Assembly (NCBI GenBank): GCA_963764235.1
Contig: CAVXRO010000006.1
Coordinates: 702,884-766,883 of the forward strand
DNA length: 64,000 bases
From: an uncultured Bacteroidota bacterium
GTDB taxonomy: Bacteria; Bacteroidota; Ignavibacteria; Ignavibacteriales; Ignavibacteriaceae
Direction: 5' to 3'
Positions 29,566 through 38,862 of this stretch are shown piece after piece. Position 1 is the stretch's first letter, and the number at the start of each line of letters is the position of its first letter. The notes under the pieces were generated by a model. The model did not search any database. It was given only the letters and a program-made list of their open reading frames with translations, and was not told the origin of the DNA. Made by a program: the position numbers and the translations under genes.

Positions 29566-30621
29566 ATGAAAAAGCTAAAGTATTACGTCATCTCGTTTGT
29601 TCTTTTTGCAGCATTAATACTGGTGCTGCTTAATAATCGTACTCAGCTTGAGGCAAAAGCTAAGAACGATAAGATCAGCGCTTACCCGGTAACAGTATCT
29701 ACTGTTGAAAACAAGGAGGTATCAAACAATATAGAACTGGTAGGGACAATAGTGGGAGAGAATGATGTCCAGGTCATCTCTGAAGCACAGGGAAAAGTAA
29801 CAGGGATATTTGCCAATGTGGGAGATTATAAACAGGCAGGTTCAGTCATTGCACAGCTTGATGATGAACTGAAGGAGAGTGCATATCAGACGGCACAGGT
29901 AAACCTCGAAAAGTCCAAAAAAGATTTTGAGAGGTATGATGCTTTATATAAAAATAAATCTGTTTCCGATGTACAGTATGAGCAGGCAAAGCTGGCTTAT
30001 TATAATGCACAATCGCAGTATGTAGCCGCAAAGAAGGATTATGAGAACACCAAAATTACTGCACCGATATCAGGAATCATTACTGCCCGGAATGTGGATA
30101 TGGGCACCTATGTCAACAAAACTATGCCTGTTGCAAATATCGTAGATATATCAAGACTTAAGGTTAAGGTCGGTGTAGCAGAAAAAGATGTGTTCTCCCT
30201 GAAGAAAGGTGATAAAGTTACTGTAACAACAGATATTTATCCCGGCGTTCAGTTTACAGGCACTATTTCTACGATAAGTGATAAGGGAGACCAGGCTCAT
30301 AATTACCCGGTTGAAATTTCACTGGTTAATAGTAAAGATCACCCTCTGAAATCAGGAATGTTCGGTAAGATTACTTTTGTATCAAAAACTACTGAACCAA
30401 GACTTATTGTTTCCCGTGACGCCCTGATTGGAAGTATTAAAAATCCGCAGGTATTCATTGTGGAAAATGGTATCGTTCACCAGAAGAATATTACAGTAGG
30501 CAATGCTTACGATAATAATCTGGAGGTAATAACAGGACTTAAGAACGGGGATAAAGTCGTTGTGAACGGACAGAATAATCTTGAAGAAAATACTGAAGTT
30601 TATGTTATAAACCAGGATTAG
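29566..30621 (+). CDS. RND efflux periplasmic adaptor (MFP/HlyD family)
   Basis: 351 aa. TM anchor, lipoyl/hairpin region 'ITAPISGIITARNVDMGTYV', position between the TolC and RND genes. Confidence 0.85.
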   Translation: MKKLKYYVISFVLFAALILVLLNNRTQLEAKAKNDKISAYPVTVSTVENKEVSNNIELVGTIVGENDVQVISEAQGKVTGIFANVGDYKQAGSVIAQLDDELKESAYQTAQVNLEKSKKDFERYDALYKNKSVSDVQYEQAKLAYYNAQSQYVAAKKDYENTKITAPISGIITARNVDMGTYVNKTMPVANIVDISRLKVKVGVAEKDVFSLKKGDKVTVTTDIYPGVQFTGTISTISDKGDQAHNYPVEISLVNSKDHPLKSGMFGKITFVSKTTEPRLIVSRDALIGSIKNPQVFIVENGIVHQKNITVGNAYDNNLEVITGLKNGDKVVVNGQNNLEENTEVYVINQD

Positions 30622-30633
30622 GAGATTAAGAAA

Positions 30634-33600
30634 ATGACAATAACCGAATTAGCCATAAAACGACCAACGCTGATTGTAGTAATATTTGCTGCATTGACAG
30701 TACTTGGCATATACAGCTATACCCAGCTCGACTATGAGCTTCTTCCTAAAATAACACCTCCTGTCATCACAATTGCAACGGTTTACCCGGGTGCATCACC
30801 TAATGAGGTTGAGACTTCAGTAACTAAACCAATTGAGGATGCGATTTCCACCCTTGATGAGATAGATGCAGTAAATTCAACTTCATCCGAAGGTGTTTCG
30901 TTTGTTATGATTCAGTTTAACCAGTCAGCTGATGTTGATATCGCTCTCCAGAACGCCCAAAGGAAGGTGAACGAGGTGCTTACAAAGCTTCCCGCGGATG
31001 CAAAGCCTCCGACGATTTCAAAGTTTGCGCTGGATGAAATTCCTGTATTAAGGATGGGCGTTACGAGCACAGTGCCTTCAACAGAGTTCTACCAGTTTAT
31101 AAAGGACAGGATCCAGCCGAGACTGGCAAAGATACCCGGAGTAGGACAAATAACCCTGGTGGGTGGAGATGAGAGAGAGATAAGAGTAAATCTTAGTGCA
31201 GATAAGCTTAAGGGATACGGATTGTCAATACTACAGGTGACCCAGGCGATTAAATCTTCCAACCTTGATTTCCCGACCGGAAAAGTAGAAGATAGCAGGG
31301 AACAGCTTATCGTAAGAATCGCAGGGAAATTCAGTTCTATAGATGCTCTGAAGAACCTTGTTGTTGCCCGGACAAGAGATGGAAGCGATATTCATCTTGA
31401 TGATGTTGCTGAAGTGTATGACGGCACTAAAGATATGACGATGCTGAACAGAATTAACAATGTTCCTTCTGTTGGTGTACTGGTCCAGAAGCAGACTGAT
31501 GCGAACGCTGTTGAAGTGAGTAAACTTGTTCGTGCCGAAGTTGCTAAGATGGAATCGGATTACAAAGCGCAGGGAGTATCATTCAATATCGCACAGGACG
31601 GTTCGCAGTTTACTATAGATGCAGCAAATGGTGTGAAGTTCGACCTTGCTCTGGCTGTTGTGCTTGTTGCAATTGTGATGCTTTTATTCCTGCACAGCAT
31701 GCGTGATTCTTTCATTGTAATGCTGGCGATCCCGGCTTCGATGGTTTCAACTTTTATTGTGATGTATGCCTTCGGGTTCACACTTAACCTGATGACCCTT
31801 CTCGGGTTATCGCTGATTGTTGGAATCCTTGTGGATGACTCGATTGTAGTGCTGGAAAATATCCATCATCACCTGGAGAAAGGGGAGGAGAAGAGAACTG
31901 CAGCACTTAAAGGAAGAAATGAGATTGGATTTGCCGCTCTTGCAATCACCATGGTTGATGTTGTGGTATTCGTACCGCTTGCTTTGACAGGAGGACTGGT
32001 AGGTAATATCATCCGTCAGTTTGCGATCGTTGTTGTAATTGCAACTCTGCTTTCATTGTTCGTTTCATTTACAGTTACACCGCTCCTGGCTTCGAGGATC
32101 GGAAAGCTTGAGAAGTTAACCAAGGATACCATTATCGGCCGTTTTGCCATCTGGTTCGAAAATACATTTAACAGGATTGTGGAGCATTACCTGGGAGTTC
32201 TTAAATGGGCACTTCATAACAGGTGGAAGGTTATAACGATGACGATAGTCTTATTTATTGCGTCATTCACACTTATTCCGGCTGGATTTATAGGCAGCGA
32301 ATTCATTACACAATCTGACAGAGGTGAGTTCGCGGTTATACTGGAGATGCCATCCGGCTCTTCCATTGAAAATACGAACTACGTTACCCAGAAAGTTGAA
32401 AAATATATCAACAACCTTCCCGAGGTAAAGAATACATTCGTTACTGTCGGAGCCTCGAATGAAGGACTGCTGGGTCAGTCGTCTAATAATGCTTCCGAGA
32501 TAGACGTGGCTCTCGTGCCGAAGGACAGGAGAGACAAAAGCACCGATGATTTAGGCGATATAATAAAAAGAGAAGCGATGAAGATTCCCGGCGTAAAAGC
32601 AAGAGTCAACCCGATCGGAATTTTCGGTACCGCCAACCAGACACCTATTCAGCTTATTGTTTCCGGTCCCAACAGAGAACTGGTTAAACAGGGAGCAGAT
32701 AAACTGGTTTCGGCATTAAAGAAAATACCGGGAACTGCCGACGTAAGACTTTCCTCAGAAGACGGCAAACCAGAAACAAGAATAGATGTAGACAGGGCCA
32801 AAATGGCAGAGCTTGGTTTAAATGTTGCTGAAGTAGGATCCGCGTTGAGAGTGGCGCTAAGCGGTGACGATGATTCGAAGTACAGGGATGGTAATGATGA
32901 TTATGATCTGCGTATTGCACTGGATAGGTTCGACCGTTCAAAGATATCCGATGTAAAAAACCTGACATTTATGAATAATAAGGGAGAACTTATTCAGCTT
33001 CAGCAGTTTGCCGATGTTTTCCAGACAACGGGACCAACCAAACTTCAGAGAAGAAACAGGATAAACTCAATCACAGTATTCTCACAGGTAAACGGCAGAC
33101 CCAGCGGAAGCATTGGGCAGGATATACAAAAAGAGATAAATGCCGGCTTACTGCCTGCAGGAGTTGATGTTGCATACGAAGGTGATCTTAAGAATCAGTC
33201 GGAATCCTTCGGCGACCTTGGGCTGGCAATGCTTGCGGCAATCCTTTTCGTATACATGGTAATGATCGCACTGTATGACTCGTATCTCTACCCATTTGTG
33301 GTCCTTTTCTCAATACCGGTAGCGATGGTAGGAGCACTGCTTGCCCTGGCATTGACTATGAAGTCGCTGAGCATTTTCTCAATTCTCGGTATCATTATGC
33401 TTATAGGACTGGTAGGTAAAAATGCTATCCTGCTGGTTGACCGCGCTAACCAGAAGAGGAGAGAGGACGGGATGAGTCCTTACGATGCCTTGATAGAAGC
33501 AGGAAAGAGCAGGATCAGGCCGATACTTATGACCACAACCGCTATGGTTATTGGTATGCTGCCTCTGGCAATTGCTACCGACTCCGGTTCTGAATGGAAG

Positions 33601-33795
33601 TCGGGACTGGCCTGGGCGATCATAGGCGGGTTGATAAGCTCGATGTTCCTTACACTCGTATTGGTTCCCGTAATTTATATGAGAGCTGAATTGTGGAAAG
33701 AGAACATATCTGTATTCATCAGGAAAGTATTCAGAAGAAAGCCTGACAGCCAGGAAATATCCGTACCCAAAGAACTTCAGCCGGAAGAAAACTAA
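30634..33795 (+). CDS. RND efflux transporter permease (AcrB/HAE1-like)
   Basis: 1053 aa. 'LAIKRPTLIVVIFAAL', 'GIVVDDSIVVLENI', 'LVGKNAILLVD' and the 12-TM pattern. Confidence 0.95.
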   Translation: MTITELAIKRPTLIVVIFAALTVLGIYSYTQLDYELLPKITPPVITIATVYPGASPNEVETSVTKPIEDAISTLDEIDAVNSTSSEGVSFVMIQFNQSADVDIALQNAQRKVNEVLTKLPADAKPPTISKFALDEIPVLRMGVTSTVPSTEFYQFIKDRIQPRLAKIPGVGQITLVGGDEREIRVNLSADKLKGYGLSILQVTQAIKSSNLDFPTGKVEDSREQLIVRIAGKFSSIDALKNLVVARTRDGSDIHLDDVAEVYDGTKDMTMLNRINNVPSVGVLVQKQTDANAVEVSKLVRAEVAKMESDYKAQGVSFNIAQDGSQFTIDAANGVKFDLALAVVLVAIVMLLFLHSMRDSFIVMLAIPASMVSTFIVMYAFGFTLNLMTLLGLSLIVGILVDDSIVVLENIHHHLEKGEEKRTAALKGRNEIGFAALAITMVDVVVFVPLALTGGLVGNIIRQFAIVVVIATLLSLFVSFTVTPLLASRIGKLEKLTKDTIIGRFAIWFENTFNRIVEHYLGVLKWALHNRWKVITMTIVLFIASFTLIPAGFIGSEFITQSDRGEFAVILEMPSGSSIENTNYVTQKVEKYINNLPEVKNTFVTVGASNEGLLGQSSNNASEIDVALVPKDRRDKSTDDLGDIIKREAMKIPGVKARVNPIGIFGTANQTPIQLIVSGPNRELVKQGADKLVSALKKIPGTADVRLSSEDGKPETRIDVDRAKMAELGLNVAEVGSALRVALSGDDDSKYRDGNDDYDLRIALDRFDRSKISDVKNLTFMNNKGELIQLQQFADVFQTTGPTKLQRRNRINSITVFSQVNGRPSGSIGQDIQKEINAGLLPAGVDVAYEGDLKNQSESFGDLGLAMLAAILFVYMVMIALYDSYLYPFVVLFSIPVAMVGALLALALTMKSLSIFSILGIIMLIGLVGKNAILLVDRANQKRREDGMSPYDALIEAGKSRIRPILMTTTAMVIGMLPLAIATDSGSEWKSGLAWAIIGGLISSMFLTLVLVPVIYMRAELWKENISVFIRKVFRRKPDSQEISVPKELQPEEN

Positions 33796-33814
33796 CTCAT
33801 TTTTTTGTAACTTT

Positions 33815-33860
33815 CAGGGTCAGATGTCGTTTAAAGCATCCGACCCTGAAGTTCTTTTTT
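33815..33860 (+). terminator. Rho-independent terminator of the efflux operon
   Basis: 'cagggtcagatg' (33815..33826) pairs with 'catccgaccctg' (33837..33848) with one mismatch, followed by 'aagttctttttt'. Confidence 0.8.
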
Positions 33861-33912
33861 GTACATCATCAAATAAACATCGTTTATTTCCTTTCGGCTA
33901 TTTGTCGACCAC

Positions 33913-33966
33913 TCTTCGCCTCTGTTCGGCCAGTCTTCGGCCTCTCTTCGGCCTCTCTTCGGCCTA
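33913..33966. repeat. Five tandem 10-11-nt units (consensus TCTTCGGCCTC)
   Basis: Read directly: tcttcgcctc / tgttcggccag / tcttcggcctc / tcttcggcctc / tcttcggccta. Confidence 0.85.
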
Positions 33967-34033
33967 TAACCCCAACCCTTCCCCTGCATTACCCAAACCC
34001 TTCCCCGGCCCAACCCCGGCATCACCCAAGCCC
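33967..34033. repeat. C-rich tract (G-rich on the minus strand) containing a ~22-nt tandem duplication
   Basis: 'taaccccaacccttcccc' followed by 'tgcattacccaaacccttcccc', then 'ggcccaaccccggcatcacccaagccc'. Ten runs of >=3 C within about 64 nt, in a genome that is otherwise AT-rich. Confidence 0.8.
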
Positions 34034-34158
34034 TCGTGCTGTAAGATCCGGTCATTCATAAATTTCATTTTCTCGGGCAATAAACGTAATTTTGAACAGC
34101 TAATTATTGAATTAATGTTAAAAACCCTCCGTTCGGAGTAATTCAGGGAGAGACAAAT

Positions 34159-35376
34159 ATGAAAAACCATTCAAAACAGGATTTCCAGACCAAATGCGTT
34201 CACGCAGGAATAGATGAATACGAATTTGGCTCTGTAGTTCCCCCAATATATCAGACATCCACATTTAAATTTGAATCAGCTGAACACGGTGCTTCTTTAT
34301 TCGCAGGAGAAAAGAAAGGCTATATATACACCAGGATGCTCAATCCGACCATAGAAGCAATGGAAAATGCAATAGCAGAGCTTGAAGGAGGACATAAAGC
34401 CCTCGGATGCGGAAGTGGTATGGCCGCGGTTCATACAATTTTTGCAAGTCTTACCCAGGCAGGCGATCACGTTGTATGTTCCTCTTCTGTATACGGACCG
34501 ACAACCACACTGCTTAATACTATAATGAAAAAATTCGGAGTAGAGACCACTTTCGTCGACACTTCGGTTCCCGAAAATGTCCTCAACGCAATGAAGAAAA
34601 ATACAAAGGTTGTATACATCGAAACGCCGGGTAACCCAACTCTATGCATAACTGATTTGAAAGCTGTTTCAAAAATCGCTCAGAGTCATGATGCAAAGGT
34701 TGTAGTTGATAATACATTTATGAGTCCTGCCCTTCAGAATCCGCTTGCTTTGGGTGCAGACGTTGTTATGCACAGTCTGACCAAGTTCTTAAACGGGCAC
34801 GCTGATGTTGTAGGGGGAATAGTAGTTGTAAAGGATGAGGAAACCTACAAACAGTTCCGCAAAACTTTAAACCAGACAGGCGGTGTAATCGATCCCTTTA
34901 ATTCATTCCTTGTTCACAGGGGATTGAAAACATTATCCATAAGGATGGAACGTCACTGCAGCAATGCGCAGAAGATAGCAGAATGGCTTGAAAAACATCC
35001 GGCTATAAAATGGATAAAATTCCCGGGACTAAAAAGTCATCCGCAGTATGAAACAGGACAGAAACAGCATAAAGGTCCCGGCGGAATGATTACCTTTGAA
35101 CTCAAAGGAGGATTTGAAGCAGGAAAAGTTCTTATGAATTCTGTCCAACTTTGTCAGCTGGCAGTGAGTCTCGGCGGTGTTGAAAGCCTGATTCAGCATC
35201 CTGCAAGTATGACTCATTTCTCAATGGGAAAAGAGGCAAGGGAGGCAGCTGAGATAACAGACGGATTGGTAAGGTTATCGGTTGGTATTGAAAACGTTGA
35301 CGATCTTATCGAAGATCTGAATCAGGCACTTGAAAAGATGATGCATTCTGAAAGTGTGAACGCTGTTGAAATGTAA
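34159..35376 (+). CDS. PLP-dependent Cys/Met-metabolism enzyme, methionine gamma-lyase-like
   Basis: 405 aa. 'YIYTRMLNPT', 'SGMAAV', PLP-lysine region 'HSLTKFLNGHADVVGG'. The Y-T-R and general pattern favour MGL over CGS/CBL, but that cannot be settled by eye. Confidence 0.8.
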   Translation: MKNHSKQDFQTKCVHAGIDEYEFGSVVPPIYQTSTFKFESAEHGASLFAGEKKGYIYTRMLNPTIEAMENAIAELEGGHKALGCGSGMAAVHTIFASLTQAGDHVVCSSSVYGPTTTLLNTIMKKFGVETTFVDTSVPENVLNAMKKNTKVVYIETPGNPTLCITDLKAVSKIAQSHDAKVVVDNTFMSPALQNPLALGADVVMHSLTKFLNGHADVVGGIVVVKDEETYKQFRKTLNQTGGVIDPFNSFLVHRGLKTLSIRMERHCSNAQKIAEWLEKHPAIKWIKFPGLKSHPQYETGQKQHKGPGGMITFELKGGFEAGKVLMNSVQLCQLAVSLGGVESLIQHPASMTHFSMGKEAREAAEITDGLVRLSVGIENVDDLIEDLNQALEKMMHSESVNAVEM

Positions 35377-35500
35377 TTAACCGGGACAATCTTAAAAATA
35401 ATTCTTATTATCACGCGTAGTCCTGCCTGCGTGCTTACCTTCGGCCGGTGTCCCTGCAGAGGATAAATCGGCGGGCAGCTGCCGAGGTTGTCGTATTGAA

Positions 35501-35537
35501 CTTGTCGAAGTATTCAAAAAGCTCTGACTTCGACAAG
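35501..35537. repeat. Perfect 11-bp inverted repeat (stem-loop) inside a GC-rich spacer downstream of the lyase gene
   Basis: 'cttgtcgaagt' (35501..35511) and 'acttcgacaag' (35527..35537), with a 15-nt loop. Confidence 0.7.
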
Positions 35538-35714
35538 CACAGTCTTTAACTCAGATTAACAAATCCAGACGTTTGAGACGGTCTTTTTTGTTCCTTAATT
35601 TTATATATTTGATACGAGCAAATTTTACAAGTATATACGAATTAAAGATTTTATAGATCAATTCCTGCCACGATATTTGTAAAAACTTATCATTCATAAA
35701 TTTCCGGGGAGATT

Positions 35715-38700
35715 ATGAAAAAATTCTACAGTCTTTTTGTCCTCACATTTTCCATATTTTTTATTTCCACTACCGCGGCATACACGCCTGATGGAATATC
35801 TTTGGTTAAAAATTCAAATGGGTATACTATAAATTTTGTTCTGCCCTCATACCAGCTGAACACTGTGACGGTTAATAACGAAAATTATTATACAATAGAT
35901 ATCCCTGATTACGGGGTAGTGAACGAGGTTGGATTACCGGCACTCCCTCAGTTGTCATTCGATATGTTCATTCCCTACGCGGAAGAAAATCCATCAGTGG
36001 GAATTGACAGGGTTGTTTCTGAAATAAAGGAACTGAAGCAGAAGATCTATCCGTTCCAGGAATCATGGGAGAAAAATAACCCGATCTCAGACAGGCCGTT
36101 TACAATTGACAGGAACTATTATAATTCATCGGGTAAATCGTATGATCCAATTATTATTTCCGAACCATTCATCATTAATGGAGTGAAAGGAGTAATAGTC
36201 ACAATTCATCCGTTTAATTATAATCCGGTTGAAAATAAACTAACCTTAATAAGCTCCGCTCAATTTAAACTAAACCTTCATAGCAGTGTTTTGCCTGTTA
36301 CCGGGAAATCTGCAGTATTCAACAACTTCTTTAAGAATATATTTGTCAACTATGAATACGGTGCAGAGAGAAGCGGCGGAAATTACCTGGTAATCACAGC
36401 CCCGGTTTATGAAGCAGACCTTACTCCCTTTGTTGAGTTCAAGATCAGCAAAGGATTTACGGTTGATGTTTTTAATACGGGTGTAACAGGTACAACAACT
36501 TCGACTATTAAGACATTTATTCAGCAGAGATATGATAACATTGGAACCAGACCGGAGTATATACTCCTGGTAGGGGATGTCGCAAATATACCTGCATGGA
36601 CGGGTTCCGGTACAGGGACGCCAACAACTGATCTGAAATATGTTCAGCTTGAAGGAGGAGATGAATTTCCTGATGCTTTCATCGGCAGATTTTCAGTTGC
36701 AAATACTTCACAACTCGGCAATGCGATCAATAAATCCGTTTATATGGAATCTTACGTCGGTTCCCTTGAAATGAAAAACGTTTTTATGGCTTCAAGCGAT
36801 AATTATACCATTTCCGAAGGAACACATAATTATGTGATCAATACTTATTTTGATCCGGCAGGGTATACAAATCTTAAGTTGTATACCCATACTTACGGGG
36901 CAACCACCCAGCAATTAATAAATGCTTTGAATGATAATCAGATCTTTGCCATTTATTCAGGACATGGATCGGAAACCTCCTGGGCTGACGGGCCGCCGCT
37001 GAACCAATCACAGGTTATGGCTCTTACCAACACCTGGTATCCTTACGTATATTCCTTTGCCTGTCTTACAGGTTCATTCTCGACCGGGGAGTGCTTTGGT
37101 GAAACATGGCTCAGGACAGCGCATGGCGCAGCTTCATTTTATGGTTCCTCGGTAAATTCATACTGGGATGAGGATGATATACTCGAACGCAATGTAATCA
37201 AATCAATGTTTGAAGATGAATTGACGCGTGTGACCCCTATGTTCGTGCAGGGAATGATCTACCTGGTTAATTATTACGGAGGGGTCAACGGAACTACGCT
37301 AAGGTATATGGAAATGTATAACCTGATGGGAGATCCTTCACTGCCGGTTGTTGAAATACTGCCTCCATGTCCTGTTGCAGAGGCATTCAACCCGATTCCT
37401 GAATCAGGTGCAGTTGATATTCCGATCAATTTATCGGAGCTAACGTGGACGAACGGAGCAGATGCAGTTTCAAACGAATTGTATTTTGGTAGCAGTCCTT
37501 CTACAATGACCCTGGTACAATCCGGTTTACTGGCAACCTCATGGACGATCGATCCTTCATACCTGCCGCTCGATTATTACACAAATTATTTCTGGAAGGT
37601 TGTTGAGATAGGAGATACCTGCAGTTCCCCGGTTATCTTCAGTTTCAGGACCGTACAGGATCCCAACCTGGTTACAGTTACCGATACCCTATATCCTCAA
37701 AGCGTGGATTACTGGACAGGTACCTGCAACTCTAGTACAAAGACAGACATCAGTGAAGTCAGAACAATGTCTCCTGAGTGCGGATGGATGACCTTCGATA
37801 TCAGCTTGATCCCCGGAAATGCTGAAATATTATCTATTGATTTCAATGGATATGTAAATGCCACCAATTATCCGTATTGGAGTGCAACCCCTATGGGCAG
37901 CGTAAATCCCGTTACAGAAAATGGAGCTGCCATTTTCAGCCAGGTAAGCAATAATGCGGTCCAGAGCGCCGCATATATTTATTCAGATGAATCATCCTCT
38001 TTTGAAGTGGGCTGGCATTCCTATGAGATGGGAAACGGTGCAGTTACTGACCTCCAGGCCGCAATTGCCCAAGGTTGGTTTGCCATAGGAATATATGACA
38101 GGGATTTCTCGTCCACATACTATATAAATTTTGACGGATGGAATGAAAGTAATCATCCGTATCTTGTAGTGAATTACCAGTATGTAACTCCCGTCGAATT
38201 GAGTTCATTCAGCGCAGCAGCCGCAGACGGTAATGTTACCTTAAATTGGTCAACGGCTTCCGAGACCAATAACCGCGGTTTTGAGATCGAACGCAAGTCA
38301 GATGCAAGCGGTTTTGAGAAAGTTGCGTTTGCTGCAGGCTCCGGAACCACAAGCAAAACAAGGGCTTACTCTTATACTGATGAAAACCCGGGTTCTGGTA
38401 CTTTTTTGTACAGACTTAAACAGGTCGATTTCAACGGAAGCTGCTCTTACTCGGATGAAGTGACAGTTAACGTTACATCACCGATTAAGTACACTCTAGA
38501 ACAGAATTATCCCAATCCTTTTAATCCAGCTACAAAGATAAAATATTCGATTCCGGAAGAAGGAGTTGTTAAGCTTAAGGTTTATAATCTTCTCGGTGAA
38601 GAGATAATGACTCTCGTTAACTCTGCTCAGAAAACCGGAAGGTATGAAGTCGTATTCGATGCATCGAGGTTCGCAAGCGGTGTTTACTACTACCGTCTTG

Positions 38701-38747
38701 AAACACAAAAATATACTTCTGTAAAAAAGATGATTTTAATGAAGTAG
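35715..38747 (+). CDS. Gingipain-like cysteine peptidase (family C25) with T9SS C-terminal sorting domain
   Basis: 1010 aa. 'YILLVGDVANIPAW'. Catalytic His 'IYSGHGSETSWADG' and Cys 'YVYSFACLTGSF' in gingipain order. C-terminus 'QNYPNPFNPATKIKYSIPEEGVVKLKVYNLLGEEI...GVYYYRLETQKYTSVKKMILMK'. Confidence 0.85.
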   Translation: MKKFYSLFVLTFSIFFISTTAAYTPDGISLVKNSNGYTINFVLPSYQLNTVTVNNENYYTIDIPDYGVVNEVGLPALPQLSFDMFIPYAEENPSVGIDRVVSEIKELKQKIYPFQESWEKNNPISDRPFTIDRNYYNSSGKSYDPIIISEPFIINGVKGVIVTIHPFNYNPVENKLTLISSAQFKLNLHSSVLPVTGKSAVFNNFFKNIFVNYEYGAERSGGNYLVITAPVYEADLTPFVEFKISKGFTVDVFNTGVTGTTTSTIKTFIQQRYDNIGTRPEYILLVGDVANIPAWTGSGTGTPTTDLKYVQLEGGDEFPDAFIGRFSVANTSQLGNAINKSVYMESYVGSLEMKNVFMASSDNYTISEGTHNYVINTYFDPAGYTNLKLYTHTYGATTQQLINALNDNQIFAIYSGHGSETSWADGPPLNQSQVMALTNTWYPYVYSFACLTGSFSTGECFGETWLRTAHGAASFYGSSVNSYWDEDDILERNVIKSMFEDELTRVTPMFVQGMIYLVNYYGGVNGTTLRYMEMYNLMGDPSLPVVEILPPCPVAEAFNPIPESGAVDIPINLSELTWTNGADAVSNELYFGSSPSTMTLVQSGLLATSWTIDPSYLPLDYYTNYFWKVVEIGDTCSSPVIFSFRTVQDPNLVTVTDTLYPQSVDYWTGTCNSSTKTDISEVRTMSPECGWMTFDISLIPGNAEILSIDFNGYVNATNYPYWSATPMGSVNPVTENGAAIFSQVSNNAVQSAAYIYSDESSSFEVGWHSYEMGNGAVTDLQAAIAQGWFAIGIYDRDFSSTYYINFDGWNESNHPYLVVNYQYVTPVELSSFSAAAADGNVTLNWSTASETNNRGFEIERKSDASGFEKVAFAAGSGTTSKTRAYSYTDENPGSGTFLYRLKQVDFNGSCSYSDEVTVNVTSPIKYTLEQNYPNPFNPATKIKYSIPEEGVVKLKVYNLLGEEIMTLVNSAQKTGRYEVVFDASRFASGVYYYRLETQKYTSVKKMILMK

Positions 38748-38772
38748 TCAGGATTAGAAGAAAGAAGTTATT

Positions 38773-38808
38773 AAAGGCGAGTTAATAGCTCGCCTTTATT
38801 ATTTTATT
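38773..38808 (+). terminator. Rho-independent terminator
   Basis: 'aaaggcgag' / 'ctcgccttt' 9-bp stem, 7-nt loop, then 'attattttattt'. Confidence 0.8.
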
Positions 38809-38862
38809 TGATCTAATTCTCCTTTTCTAAACAGGATTTTAAACAAATTAATAAGGTTAAAA

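Noticed and set aside
33913-33966. Tandem 11-mers as a CRISPR array
   Set aside because: The units are contiguous with no spacers, far shorter than CRISPR repeats, and there are no cas genes in the window.
33824-34170. Three overlapping ORFs (105, 74 and 68 aa) across the repeat island
   Set aside because: Their translations are Pro/Ser/Gly/Leu low-complexity products of the tandem repeats. They have no RBS and overlap each other on both strands.
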